A stretch of 56,238 nucleotides of DNA, from contig JANJUO010000279.1 in the NCBI GenBank assembly GCA_024710535.1, positions 1-56,238 of the forward strand, written 5' to 3'. Of this stretch, positions 41,916 to 51,100 are shown piece by piece (the first letter of the stretch is position 1; each line of letters opens with the position of its first letter). The stretch is from a bacterium. Lineage in GTDB: Bacteria > Bacteroidota > Ignavibacteria > Kapaibacteriales > UBA2268. Under the pieces are notes generated by a model. The model saw only the letters and a list, made by a program, of their open reading frames with translations. It was not told where the DNA came from and did no database searches. The translations under genes and the position numbers were made by a program.

Positions 41916-42364
41916 CCACGCTGACCGAAGCCCTCAAGAACGAGGCGCCGCACATCACTCACTGCGGCAACTACCTGGTCAACCTGTGCCACGAGGCCAG
42001 CAACGCCGCCGGCTGGTGGACACACCACCCGACCGGCGTCGACTTGATCGACCTGATCAACAACCCCCAGAACTCGCTGGATGAGCTGTTCGCCGCCGCC
42101 CTGGTCGCCCAGAAGCTGTGCCTGACGCACTCCGAGATCAGCGAAGGCATGGAGGGCCACCGCAAGGGCCTGCAGGACGAAAAGCTGCCGCACCGACCGA
42201 TGCTGGAGGTCGAGCTGGCGGATGCCGTCATCCGGATCTGCGACCTGGCCGGCGCGCTGGGACTGGATCTGGGTGGCGCGATCGCCGAGAAGCTGCTGTT
42301 CAACGCTGGGCGGGCAGACCACAAACCCGAGGCCCGAATGCAGGCCGGCGGCAAGTCCTACTGA
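41912..42364 (+). CDS. MazG-like nucleotide pyrophosphohydrolase
   Basis: HSEISEGMEGHRKG ... EVELADAVIRICDLAG ... NAGRADHKPE pattern. Confidence 0.65.
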   Translation: MTTLTEALKNEAPHITHCGNYLVNLCHEASNAAGWWTHHPTGVDLIDLINNPQNSLDELFAAALVAQKLCLTHSEISEGMEGHRKGLQDEKLPHRPMLEVELADAVIRICDLAGALGLDLGGAIAEKLLFNAGRADHKPEARMQAGGKSY

Positions 42365-42392
42365 TTTTCACCACCACCAACCGAGAAACGCT

Positions 42393-42638
42393 ATGCGCAA
42401 ATCATCACTCAGTTTGTCTGTCATGTCGGCCCTGGCCGCAGCGGGGGCAATGGTAATGCCGGCCGCTGTATCGGAGTCAGCAAATGTCATGAACAGGCGT
42501 GTCATGCGCCGAAGCACGCCGCGCGCCACAGGTCGCCGCTATCCCGAGCAGTCCAGTCGCCAAGCCATGCGTGGCTCACGCCGCGCCCAGGGTGGCCCAG
42601 GCATCGTGCTGATCGACGGTGCATACGTGCGCAACTGA
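42393..42638 (+). CDS. Small secreted basic protein (81 aa)
   Basis: Signal-peptide-like MRKSSLSLSVMSALAAAGAMVMPAAVS. Confidence 0.45.
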   Translation: MRKSSLSLSVMSALAAAGAMVMPAAVSESANVMNRRVMRRSTPRATGRRYPEQSSRQAMRGSRRAQGGPGIVLIDGAYVRN

Positions 42639-42670
42639 TTCGACCTCCCCAACCAACCCAGGAGAACACC

Positions 42671-43027
42671 ATGCACCAGCGCCCCGCATCCGCCGCCACC
42701 GACATCCCCGAGTTCGTCACCGATCTCGACGGCGGCCAGTTCGAGCTGATTCTGTCCAAGGCCATGTCCGAAGTGGCCGCGGCAGTGGTCGATCACAACA
42801 AGAACGGTGAAGTCACCGTGAAGTTCAAGATCGAAAAGATCCCCGGCACCCAGCAGGTCCGCCTGCAGCATGACGTGAAGTTCATGAAGCCCACCAGCAT
42901 GGGCAAGGCCGGCGAAGAAACCAGCGGTGCCACCGTCCTTTTTGTCGGCAAGTACGGCGCCCTCTCTCTGGCCCAGCCGAGCCTGCTGAACGACGCCAGC
43001 CGCCAGCAGATGCTGCCCGGCGCCTGA
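42671..43027 (+). CDS. Hypothetical protein (118 aa)
   Basis: ATG follows AGGAGAA. Protein-like. Confidence 0.65.
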   Translation: MHQRPASAATDIPEFVTDLDGGQFELILSKAMSEVAAAVVDHNKNGEVTVKFKIEKIPGTQQVRLQHDVKFMKPTSMGKAGEETSGATVLFVGKYGALSLAQPSLLNDASRQQMLPGA

Positions 43028-43201
43028 ACCAGTTTTGGGGGAAAGCTGCCCGGAAGCGGGAAGCCGCACCAGGGCAGGCGAAAGCCGATGAAGTTCCGTC
43101 GCTTGTGACAGTCAGCCCGGATGGGTCGAAGTCCCGAGAAGTGGCAAGCGAGACAGGCAGCAAGTACCCCACCCATTCACCAACCACCAAGGATTACTTT
43201 C

Positions 43202-44029
43202 ATGTTCGACAAATCTGCAATTGAAGCCATCAACGAGGGCGCCGGTATCTACATGGCCCGCGAGGCTATCCGCGTGGCGCTGACCGAAGGAAACCGGGGC
43301 GCAGTCCCGCTGCCCAACGACTTCCAGCTCCACGACCTGGAGAAGTTCATGCCGACGCGCCGCCGCGCCCGTGGCCTGATGGAAACCAGCCTGGTACAAG
43401 ACTTCGCGTCTTACGTTTCCGGCAACGTGGTCGCCGGGTCCACCGTGTTCGTGTCTCACAAGGCAATGGTGGCCAACGCAGTGCTGAACCTGGGCACCCA
43501 GGACAAACCCGGCCATGCCGACGACCGCGCTCAACTCAAGCCCGACATGACGGCCGCCTACACGGCGCTGCGTCAACATGCCAACGGCAACGCCATGGAG
43601 CAGGCACGGGTCGCCGAGTTCCTGGAAGACTGGTCCCCCATGATCGAGTGCTTCCACGAGAGTGAGCGCCTGAAGATCGACAAGGCTATCTCTGCGGTAC
43701 GCAACATCACGATCGAGGGCCTACGCAAGGTGGAGGCCAGCGAACAGCAACTGAGCGCCAGTAAGTCGGCCTTTGAATCGGTGACGGCCAGCAGCAAGGA
43801 CACGCTGCCGACGTTCATCTACTTCAAGTGCGTGCCCTACCACGGCTTCAACGAGCGCACCTTTGTGATGCGCCTGGGCATCCGCACCAGCGACAAGCCG
43901 GCCATCGTGCTTCGGATCATCAACACCGAGCAGCACGAGGAAGAAATGGCTCAGGAACTGGCCGAGAAGGTCAAGCAGGCCATCGGTGATTCCTGCCCCG
44001 TCTTGATCGGCGACTACACCGCCAAGTAA
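43202..44029 (+). CDS. DUF2303 (YfdQ-like) protein
   Basis: ATG 43202 follows AAGGA. Size, position in the recombination module and sequence pattern resemble YfdQ-type prophage proteins. Confidence 0.55.
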   Translation: MFDKSAIEAINEGAGIYMAREAIRVALTEGNRGAVPLPNDFQLHDLEKFMPTRRRARGLMETSLVQDFASYVSGNVVAGSTVFVSHKAMVANAVLNLGTQDKPGHADDRAQLKPDMTAAYTALRQHANGNAMEQARVAEFLEDWSPMIECFHESERLKIDKAISAVRNITIEGLRKVEASEQQLSASKSAFESVTASSKDTLPTFIYFKCVPYHGFNERTFVMRLGIRTSDKPAIVLRIINTEQHEEEMAQELAEKVKQAIGDSCPVLIGDYTAK

Positions 44030-44219
44030 CGGACACAGCGGGAACGCCCGGGCTTCCTTTCACCTTCGCCAGGCCACGAGGGGACCAGCCGATGCAGCTC
44101 ACCTACCAACCAGCCCGCCGTCTTGTTCTGGGGCAGGTGCGTCAAAAGCCTGGGGCGTTCGAGAGTCATCACAGGCAATGCATCGGAACGGCCACATCTG
44201 TTTGAACAACGAGAAGACC

Positions 44220-44420
44220 ATGAGCATCGAAAGAAAATCCAACAACGTGCACGCAGCGCTGTGCTTCGTGCTTTGGTACCACCAGGGCGGCAGCTCCCCC
44301 ATCGGTCAGCAGATCCGGCCCCTGCTTGGCCTGGGTCAGCACGAGCGCATGACCGACGAACAGGTGCAGGAGGCCAAGCGCGTCCAGGAAGCGCTCAACG
44401 TCGAGCAGGTGGCAGCATGA
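44220..44420 (+). CDS. Small hypothetical protein (66 aa)
   Basis: ATG 44220 follows GAGAAG. Confidence 0.5.
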   Translation: MSIERKSNNVHAALCFVLWYHQGGSSPIGQQIRPLLGLGQHERMTDEQVQEAKRVQEALNVEQVAA

Positions 44421-44962
44421 ACCTTCCAGCGCACGTAACCCTTGAGTGGCTGCTCAATCGCTGCAACGAGTGCCCGTGCTGCGGAAACATGACCAACTGG
44501 CCGACCACGGAGGCCGGAAAGGCCCGGTCTCCAACGATTGATCTCGTGATGAATGGCAAAAGGTCAAAGCTGTATGTGCGCCGAATCGTTTGGAAGCTCA
44601 CACACCCAAACGGCCGGCTGCCAGAAGGTAGGACGTCTGTGATCACGAGCCGGTGCAGCAACAGACACTGCATAGACCCAGATCAGATCTATCAAACCGC
44701 AAAGTCTGCCGCCTTCCAGCAGGCGTCACAACGTGGCTCATGGAGGGGCCCGGAGCTTCGGCTGAAGAACGCCATCAATGGCGCCAAGCGGTCGCGCCTC
44801 TCCGATGAGGCGGTTGAGGACATCGTGACCTCGGGCGACCGGGCAGTTGATGCTGCGCGAAAGCACGGCGTATCAGAGGCCTACATCCACATGCTGCGGG
44901 GCGCCAAGTTTCGGCGAACCGTCACCGCACGACACAACCCGTTCTCAATGCTCATGAGCTAG
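44417..44962 (+). CDS. HNH-like/zinc-finger DNA-binding protein (181 aa)
   Basis: ATGA overlap. CNECPCCG and SRCSNRHCIDPDQI resemble HNH_3-type motifs. Confidence 0.5.
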   Translation: MNLPAHVTLEWLLNRCNECPCCGNMTNWPTTEAGKARSPTIDLVMNGKRSKLYVRRIVWKLTHPNGRLPEGRTSVITSRCSNRHCIDPDQIYQTAKSAAFQQASQRGSWRGPELRLKNAINGAKRSRLSDEAVEDIVTSGDRAVDAARKHGVSEAYIHMLRGAKFRRTVTARHNPFSMLMS

Positions 44963-44974
44963 GAGGCACAGATC

Positions 44975-45211
44975 ATGTCGACGACGATGACTGAGAACGA
45001 GATTGCTGCGATCACCGGCTACATCCAGCCTGGGCGCCAGCTCGCCACGCTCAAGGCACGGGGGTTCGAGCGCGCCTACCGCGACCGGGCCGGACGTGTC
45101 GTACTTGAGCGCTCGCATTACGATGCGGTGTGCCAGGGGACCTACCGGTCGGCAACCGTCGTTGCTGGTCGGCCTGCCGTCAATACGTCATTCCTCAAGA
45201 GGGCAGCATGA
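44975..45211 (+). CDS. DUF4224-like protein (possible excision/recombination directionality factor)
   Basis: EIAAITGYIQPGRQLATLKARGFERAY..RAGRVVLER pattern. This family typically sits next to integrases. Confidence 0.55.
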   Translation: MSTTMTENEIAAITGYIQPGRQLATLKARGFERAYRDRAGRVVLERSHYDAVCQGTYRSATVVAGRPAVNTSFLKRAA

Positions 45212-45711
45212 CTCCACCAAGAGTGCTTGACCCTTGCAGTGGGAGCAGGATGATGTGGTTCGATCGTGCCCACCACGATGTGGTCTTCGGTGACAAAAGG
45301 CGCGAGACGTTGACTGTCACAGACCGAAGCCACGGGAAGGTGGACGGAACGCGCACGCTCAAGGTCGACCCCGACATGCTGATGGACTTTCGTGATCTCC
45401 CCTTTGAAGACAACACATTCAGGTTGGTGGCTTTCGATCCGCCGCACCTGGTCCGCGCCGGTCCGAGATCATGGCTTGCAGCCAAATACGGCAAGCTCGG
45501 TAACGACTGGCGCGACGACCTTCGCCAGGGGTTTGCGGAGTGCTTTCGCGTGCTGCACCCTGATGGCGTGTTGGTCTTCAAATGGAATGAGACCCAGGTG
45601 AAGCTGGGCGAGGTGCTCGCTCTAACTCCCTGCCGACCTCTTTTTGGAAACACCAGTGGGAAAAAAGCAGGCACACACTGGCTTGTATTCATGAAGGAAC
45701 GTGCCACATGA
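45208..45711 (+). CDS. Small DNA methyltransferase (DPPH motif)
   Basis: ATGA overlaps at both ends. LDPCSGS (SAM-binding-like) and FDPPH catalytic motif of amino-methyltransferases. Confidence 0.65.
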   Translation: MTPPRVLDPCSGSRMMWFDRAHHDVVFGDKRRETLTVTDRSHGKVDGTRTLKVDPDMLMDFRDLPFEDNTFRLVAFDPPHLVRAGPRSWLAAKYGKLGNDWRDDLRQGFAECFRVLHPDGVLVFKWNETQVKLGEVLALTPCRPLFGNTSGKKAGTHWLVFMKERAT

Positions 45712-46805
45712 TCAGGCGACGTGAAAAGCCGGACGGACTCCCGTTCCGCGTGTACGAGCGCAAGGGCGCCAGGGTCTACAGCATCGGCTACAAGCAGGCC
45801 GACGGCAAGTGGGCTTTTCGGTATTCCTGCCCGGTGGAAGACCGCCAGCAGATCGCCGGCCTGCGCGCCCAGGCGATCAGCGAAGCAGCATTGATCGGCC
45901 AAGGCGTGCACACCACGGGCCAGACGGACGAACTCATCGCCGCCTGGTTCGAGCACCAGCAGAGCATGCCGATCGGCGACCCGAACCGGCGCGCAGAGTC
46001 GACGCTGGCCGAGAACAAGCGCGAGGCCGAGAACCTGAAGAAGGCCTTCGGCCACATGGATCCGGGCGAGATCACAAAGGCAGACGGGTATGCCTACCTC
46101 GATGCGTGTGCACAGGCCGGCAGGGCCGCCAAGGGCAACAAGGAAATGGCGCTCATGCACCTGATCCTGGAACACGGGGTACGCATCGGCCGGCTGCCAT
46201 TCAACCCGCTGCAGGGTCTGCGCAAGCTCAAGACCCGGGTCAACAAGCGGTATGTCACCGACGCCGAGCTGGATCTGGCAGTGGAGATTGGACGCCTCAA
46301 GGGCGGGCCCCGACATATCGTGGCCATGGCCCTGAAGACAGCCTATCTGTGCACCAGGAGATCCGTCGAGGTCCGCGCCATCAAGCGCGACGCCATCACG
46401 GCCGATGGCGTGCTCTGGCATGACGGAAAGAACAAGGACAAGCCGCCGGTGCTGATCGAGTGGACGCCAGAGTTACGGGCCACGATCAATGAGGCGTTGC
46501 AGATCAAGCGGCACCACGTCGCCGGCACCATGTACCTGTTCGGCAACATGAAGGGCCAGCGGTACACAAAGGGCGGCTGGAAGGCAGTGCTCGATGACCT
46601 GATGTTCGACTGTGTGGCTGAGGCCGAGCGCCGCGGCATCAGCTTTGCCCGGTTCAGTCTTCAGGAGTGCCGGCCGAAGGGTGCGACCGACAAGCTCAAC
46701 GCCGGCCACTCCGACGCCAAGGACGCCCTGGGGCACACCACCGACCGGATGCTGGGCCAGGTCTACGACCGGCGCCAGGTCAAGAAGGCGGCGCCTGTCA
46801 GGTGA
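45708..46805 (+). CDS. int: Tyrosine integrase
   Basis: C-terminal catalytic pattern ...TRRSVEVRAI... LGHTTDRMLGQVYDRR (R..H..R..Y). Lies about 1.2 kb from the partial tRNA-Asp. Confidence 0.85.
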   Translation: MIRRREKPDGLPFRVYERKGARVYSIGYKQADGKWAFRYSCPVEDRQQIAGLRAQAISEAALIGQGVHTTGQTDELIAAWFEHQQSMPIGDPNRRAESTLAENKREAENLKKAFGHMDPGEITKADGYAYLDACAQAGRAAKGNKEMALMHLILEHGVRIGRLPFNPLQGLRKLKTRVNKRYVTDAELDLAVEIGRLKGGPRHIVAMALKTAYLCTRRSVEVRAIKRDAITADGVLWHDGKNKDKPPVLIEWTPELRATINEALQIKRHHVAGTMYLFGNMKGQRYTKGGWKAVLDDLMFDCVAEAERRGISFARFSLQECRPKGATDKLNAGHSDAKDALGHTTDRMLGQVYDRRQVKKAAPVR

Positions 46806-46810
46806 TCGTG

Positions 46811-47236
46811 CTACGGGAACAGGATCTGCTCAAGCAGCTTCTTGTACTCGCGAGAAATCCGCCTGGATGCTAGCGCGCCGGAAACGATCCGCCACAAAAC
46901 TTGGCCGTCAAACGGCTCCTTGACGGTGTACTGGCCTTGCTGAACCATCTTTTCGATGTGGCTCACCTGCTCCAGCCTGGAGAACCTGTAGTCGAGGTAA
47001 CTCTGCCTCTGGATAAACGGGTGATCTCCAGGTGCAAGCACGCAACTGGTTTCCACATTAAGCCCGTCGTGCAGGGTACAAACCGGGACCATCAAAACCA
47101 TCGGCTGGCTGCCGTAACCATCGACAGCCAGTGGCTCGATCACGATTGCAAACAGGTGCTGTTTGTCACCTGGGCCAGAAGGCACCAGAACAGACTCAGC
47201 TCTGCGGCAGATCCAAGAAGGGGTAGCTGCGCTCAA
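46811..47236 (-). CDS. Putative toxin partner of the Panacea-domain protein (141 aa)
   Basis: TTG 47236 overlaps the upstream TGA (TTGA); there is no in-frame ATG before residue ~93 of the track ORF. The protein-like part is KQHLFAIVIEPL...MVLMVPVCT...CVLAPGDHPFIQRQSYLDY. The toxin role is inferred only from genomic context. Confidence 0.45.
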   Translation of the reverse strand: MSAATPSWICRRAESVLVPSGPGDKQHLFAIVIEPLAVDGYGSQPMVLMVPVCTLHDGLNVETSCVLAPGDHPFIQRQSYLDYRFSRLEQVSHIEKMVQQGQYTVKEPFDGQVLWRIVSGALASRRISREYKKLLEQILFP

Positions 47237-47811
47237 CGGAATGCGGCATTGACTCGTTTTGCGTCGTGCAGCCGTCGTGAGATCGCCTGCACCTGAACGT
47301 CGGAATAGCCAACCGCTCTCAAGAGTCGCGCGTATGGAATTGGCCGACTTTTGCCCATGGGGTCTTCCCACTCTGGGCAAGCCTCGGAGTGGGTGTAGTT
47401 CCTAAGCTTGAATCGCTCCCAATGCCCAAACTGCCCCCAGGTCTCATACAGGCATTCCAGATCTGTCTCACTGAGAGCAAGAAGATCTTCTTCGGGAGAG
47501 CGGATCATGCTTGGATCTTTCAGACCGACAGCGTGACCATCACGGTCAGAGATCCAAGATGACCACCCACCAGGTACTGACGGCAGGTTTCCATTCGAAT
47601 GGTCATAGGTAATCGACAGCACCGGGCCATGCGGCATCGACACGAACTCGTCTCCGGTGATCGTGTCACCAAACTTCTGCATGGACAGCCTTTCGGCCAG
47701 ATACAGAAGCTTGATCAATTTGAGCAACGGCAAATTCCCACCGGCCTTGTGCAGGAAGAACGCCGCAGCTTGGGCGGCCTTCTTCTCGTCGAAAAGTACG
47801 TAGGGGCTCAT
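47233..47811 (-). CDS. Panacea-domain (DUF4065, SocA/PanA-like) putative antitoxin
   Basis: N-terminal AAQAAAFFLHKAGGNLPLLKLIKLLYLAERLSMQKFGDTITGDEFVSMPHGPVLS matches the DUF4065 pattern. ATG 47811 is preferred to 47850. Confidence 0.6.
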   Translation of the reverse strand: MSPYVLFDEKKAAQAAAFFLHKAGGNLPLLKLIKLLYLAERLSMQKFGDTITGDEFVSMPHGPVLSITYDHSNGNLPSVPGGWSSWISDRDGHAVGLKDPSMIRSPEEDLLALSETDLECLYETWGQFGHWERFKLRNYTHSEACPEWEDPMGKSRPIPYARLLRAVGYSDVQVQAISRRLHDAKRVNAAFR

Positions 47812-47997
47812 GGTCTGCCTGTGGTTGAGGTCAATGCTGCCACGCAACATATTGGAGCATCGAACCGGTGTAGGGAATAGAGGAAACCCACAAATCGACC
47901 CTCATTTGAGGGGCCCGGCAACGGCCTTTGTCTCTGCAAGGCCACAAACTGTATTCCAAACATTGGAATATGGACACAACCTGCCCGTGATCGTTCT

Positions 47998-48033
47998 AAA
48001 GAAAAAGCCCCGTAAGTCATTGACTTACAGGGC
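47998..48033 (-). terminator. Rho-independent terminator downstream of the tRNA fragment and the giant ORF
   Basis: On the minus strand: GCCCTGTAAGTCAaTGACTTACGGGGC followed by TTTTTCTTT. Confidence 0.6.
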
Positions 48034-48040
48034 GATTCTT

Positions 48041-48090
48041 TGGCGGAGTGGACGGGGCTCGAACCCGCGACCCCCGGCGTGACAGGCCGG
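48041..48090 (-). other. 3' 50 nt of a tRNA-Asp(GUC) gene: probable attP core
   Basis: The reverse complement CCGGCCTGTCACGCCGGGGGTCGCGGGTTCGAGCCCCGTCCACTCCGCCA covers the anticodon stem-loop (CU-GUC-AC), variable loop, T-arm, acceptor 3' strand and CCA, near-identical to E. coli tRNA-Asp. No D-arm or 5' acceptor strand lies upstream. Confidence 0.75.
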
Positions 48091-48195
48091 AGCCAAAACC
48101 CAGCATCGACGCTGGTACCGGACCTATTTTTAATTCCAAAAATCACCATGAATAGCCCAGCATTTGCGCGGTGCGCGCCGGGTCTATTCCAAAGT

Positions 48196-51100
48196 TCAGT
48201 TCAGCTTTTCCCGGACCTCCTGCATCAGCTTGCGCTTCTTCTCGATCTGCACAGCAGCCTGCTCGTCGAACTCCTGGCGGTCAATGCGGCCGGTGGCCAA
48301 CTGACGCTTGAGCTGCCCGATGTTCTTGTCGATCTCCGAGGCCTCGGCCATCGCCTTGGCGCCCAGGTTGCGACGCAGAACGTCGGCCGGGTAGCTGCCC
48401 AGCTTCACACCGAAGGCGCTGGCCATGGCCTGGGGTGTCGACAGTTCGCGGCCAAAGGCGTCGGTGCGACCGGTCATGGATCCAACCACGCCCTCGGTCG
48501 CGTAGGTGTTGGGTAGGCCAACGATGTTCGGGGCGAAAGCCTTATATAGATAGTCACCCACCTTGGCGGCCTTCTCGGCGCCAGTGTCGGTTTCCAGGGT
48601 CAGCGGCTTGCCCGTGAAGGCGGACTTGTTCAGGACGATCTCGCCGGCGATCACCAGCGGGCCGCCCGGCATCAACCCGGGGAACATCGGCACAGCCGCA
48701 TTGCCAGCGCCCACGTCGAACACGTCGCCCACCGGCACCCAGCGGCGGATGTCCAGGTACACCGGCGATCCATGCGCATCGTTCCAGGGCATGCGAATCA
48801 GCTTTGGCACCATCCCCCAGATCCGGCCGGCCTTCTCCTCGGGCAGCATCTTGCGTTCATCGTCATCGCCGCCACCGCCCAACAGAACACCCAGGGCATT
48901 GAGCCCACCGGCCAGCATCATGAGCTTCATGAGCTTGTGTGGCTTCTTGCCCGCAATCTCGAACAGCAGGGGAACCGCCCGATAGGTGAAACTGATGAAC
49001 GGCCAGGCTGTCGAGCGCATTGCCTGCACCCATGGGGCGTTGATGTTGTAGTCCAGGAACGAGCGGCGCGCTTTCTTGCCGGCCGCCAGGTCGTCTGCAC
49101 CATCTTCCTTGGCCTTGAGCCATGCCGCCAGCCGGAATACATCGTCTTCGGCCTGGTACAGATCGATGAGCGCCCCAGCGGCATTGCCCACCGCTTTGCC
49201 GGTCTTCCCAGAGGCCAGGGCTTCCCATGCGGCTGGGAAACGCGCGCCCAGCGCGTGCTGCAAGGCGGCGTAGATGCCGGCCTGAGCGTCCATGGCCTGG
49301 TCGGCGGTGGCTGCCAGCTCGACCTCCAGCTCAGACAGGATCGGGTCAAGCTGCTCCTTGGCAATTTCCTGGGTCACCCAGGATCCGATGTCACCGCCGC
49401 TGTCCTTGTACCGGTTCAAGACCTCCAGCGCCGCGGCCGAGTCGGCAATGCCACCCTTCTTGCCGCTGGCCGCGAGAATGATTCGCAGCGACTTGGCCAC
49501 GTGCACCGCCCGCACGTCCTGCCAGTCGGCCATCACAAAGTTGGACATGACGTTGTTCATGTGGACCGCGGGCGACAAGGCCGTCTTGCTGGTCTTCCAC
49601 ATGCTCAGGATCTTGGCGTAGGCATCGCCGAACGGGCGGAACTGGCCGCCAACCACCTGGCGCAGATCATTCCAGATCGGTCCAGGCAGGTAGTGGCCAG
49701 CCAATGCGCCGTACTTGAGCACGCTCGTGCCAGGGATTTTCGTGTCGGGCACCTTGACCCACTCGTTGGGAGCAAAGGTGTCGCGGTATCGCTCCGAGGC
49801 CTCCACCACCACACCGGGGATGGTCTGCCCTTCGGCCTTGGAGTAGTTCCGTGCCAACCACTCCAGGTAGCGGCCCACCTCCACGTCATGGATCATGGCG
49901 TGCATGGTCTTGGCGATCGCAAAACGGGCTTCATCGACCTCTCCCATCTGCTGGCGCTCATCCTTGGTGAAGTCGCGCCAGAGCACTACATTGCCCGCCT
50001 TGACGTCACGAACCTCCCAGGTGTCGGCCTGGATCCAGTCCGAAAACTGCTGGGGGATGGCCTGGCCAGCGGGCACATACACCACCTTGGACGTGCGGCC
50101 TGGTGCAGCCGGGTCCATGCCGGGCAGTGCCCGGGTGCCGGCGCCAGGCTGGGGGCGCTTTTCCAACCGGATGAACTTCTGTCCCTTGAGCGCGGTGTCG
50201 GCCTTGCCGTCCTTGAGCTTGCGGCCCCACCAGTCGGGCGATGCCGCCTGCATCTTGGACATGGGCTCGGCCTGCACCAGCCCGCGGCCCTTGTATTGAT
50301 CGCCCAGAATCGAAATCACGCGCGATCGTTTGGCCTTTTCCCCGGCGGTCTGCGCCAGGATGTGCTTGGCGTAGGAACGGCGCAGGTAGGCGAAGCGGTT
50401 GCGCTCGAATGCCTCCTTGTCCAGTTGCCCCAAACGAACCGCCTCCTGGCTCAGGTCGTCGATCAGCTTCTGCACTTCCTGCAGCACCTGCACCGACTCC
50501 TCGGGCAGGCCCTGCATCATCGACAGATAGGCCTTGGGGTCGGATCCGTCCATGTTCATCCACTCGTAGGCCACCCGGCTTTCTTCGCGGGTCAGGGTTG
50601 CCAGCTTCTCGATCAGAGTCCCAGCCTTGCGCAGTTGGACGCGCTGGCGCCCCTGCAGCATGATGCGTTGGTCGATGACCGCCTCGGGCACGCCGTAATC
50701 ACTCACGATACCGGCCTTGACCTTCTCGGGAACCATGCGGTCCAGCAGAGCCCCGGCCCGATCGTAGATCGCACCGGTCAGACGCTCGACACCGGTCACC
50801 TTCGTGGCGGCCCTGGCAATCGCATCCAGGGGGGCAGATCCCCCGGCTTTCTTCTGGATGATGGCCTCTGCCCGGTCGGCGACGGTCTTGCCAGCACCGC
50901 CAGGAGGTGCAGAGCGAGACAGCAATGCCTCGGCCGGGTTCTTCTTGCGCCACAGCTCGGCCAGCTTCTCGAAGGTCGGGTAGTCGCGTTCCAGCAAGTC
51001 CTCGATGTCCTTGAAGCCTCGTGCGCGGGCCTCGGCCTGCAGCCAGGCCTCCTGCTTGGCGATGTCCTCGGCCAGGGTTCCAGACAGGCGGGTACCGAAG

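Noticed and set aside
44030-44219. A hairpin-like GC-rich element (GGGAACGCCCGGGCTTCC) as a terminator after the DUF2303 gene.
   Set aside because: The pairing is poor, with no proper loop or T-run, so it is left unannotated.
48041-48130. A complete tRNA gene.
   Set aside because: Only the anticodon arm, variable loop, T-arm and acceptor 3' strand match tRNA-Asp. The upstream sequence cannot form a D-arm or pair with the acceptor end.
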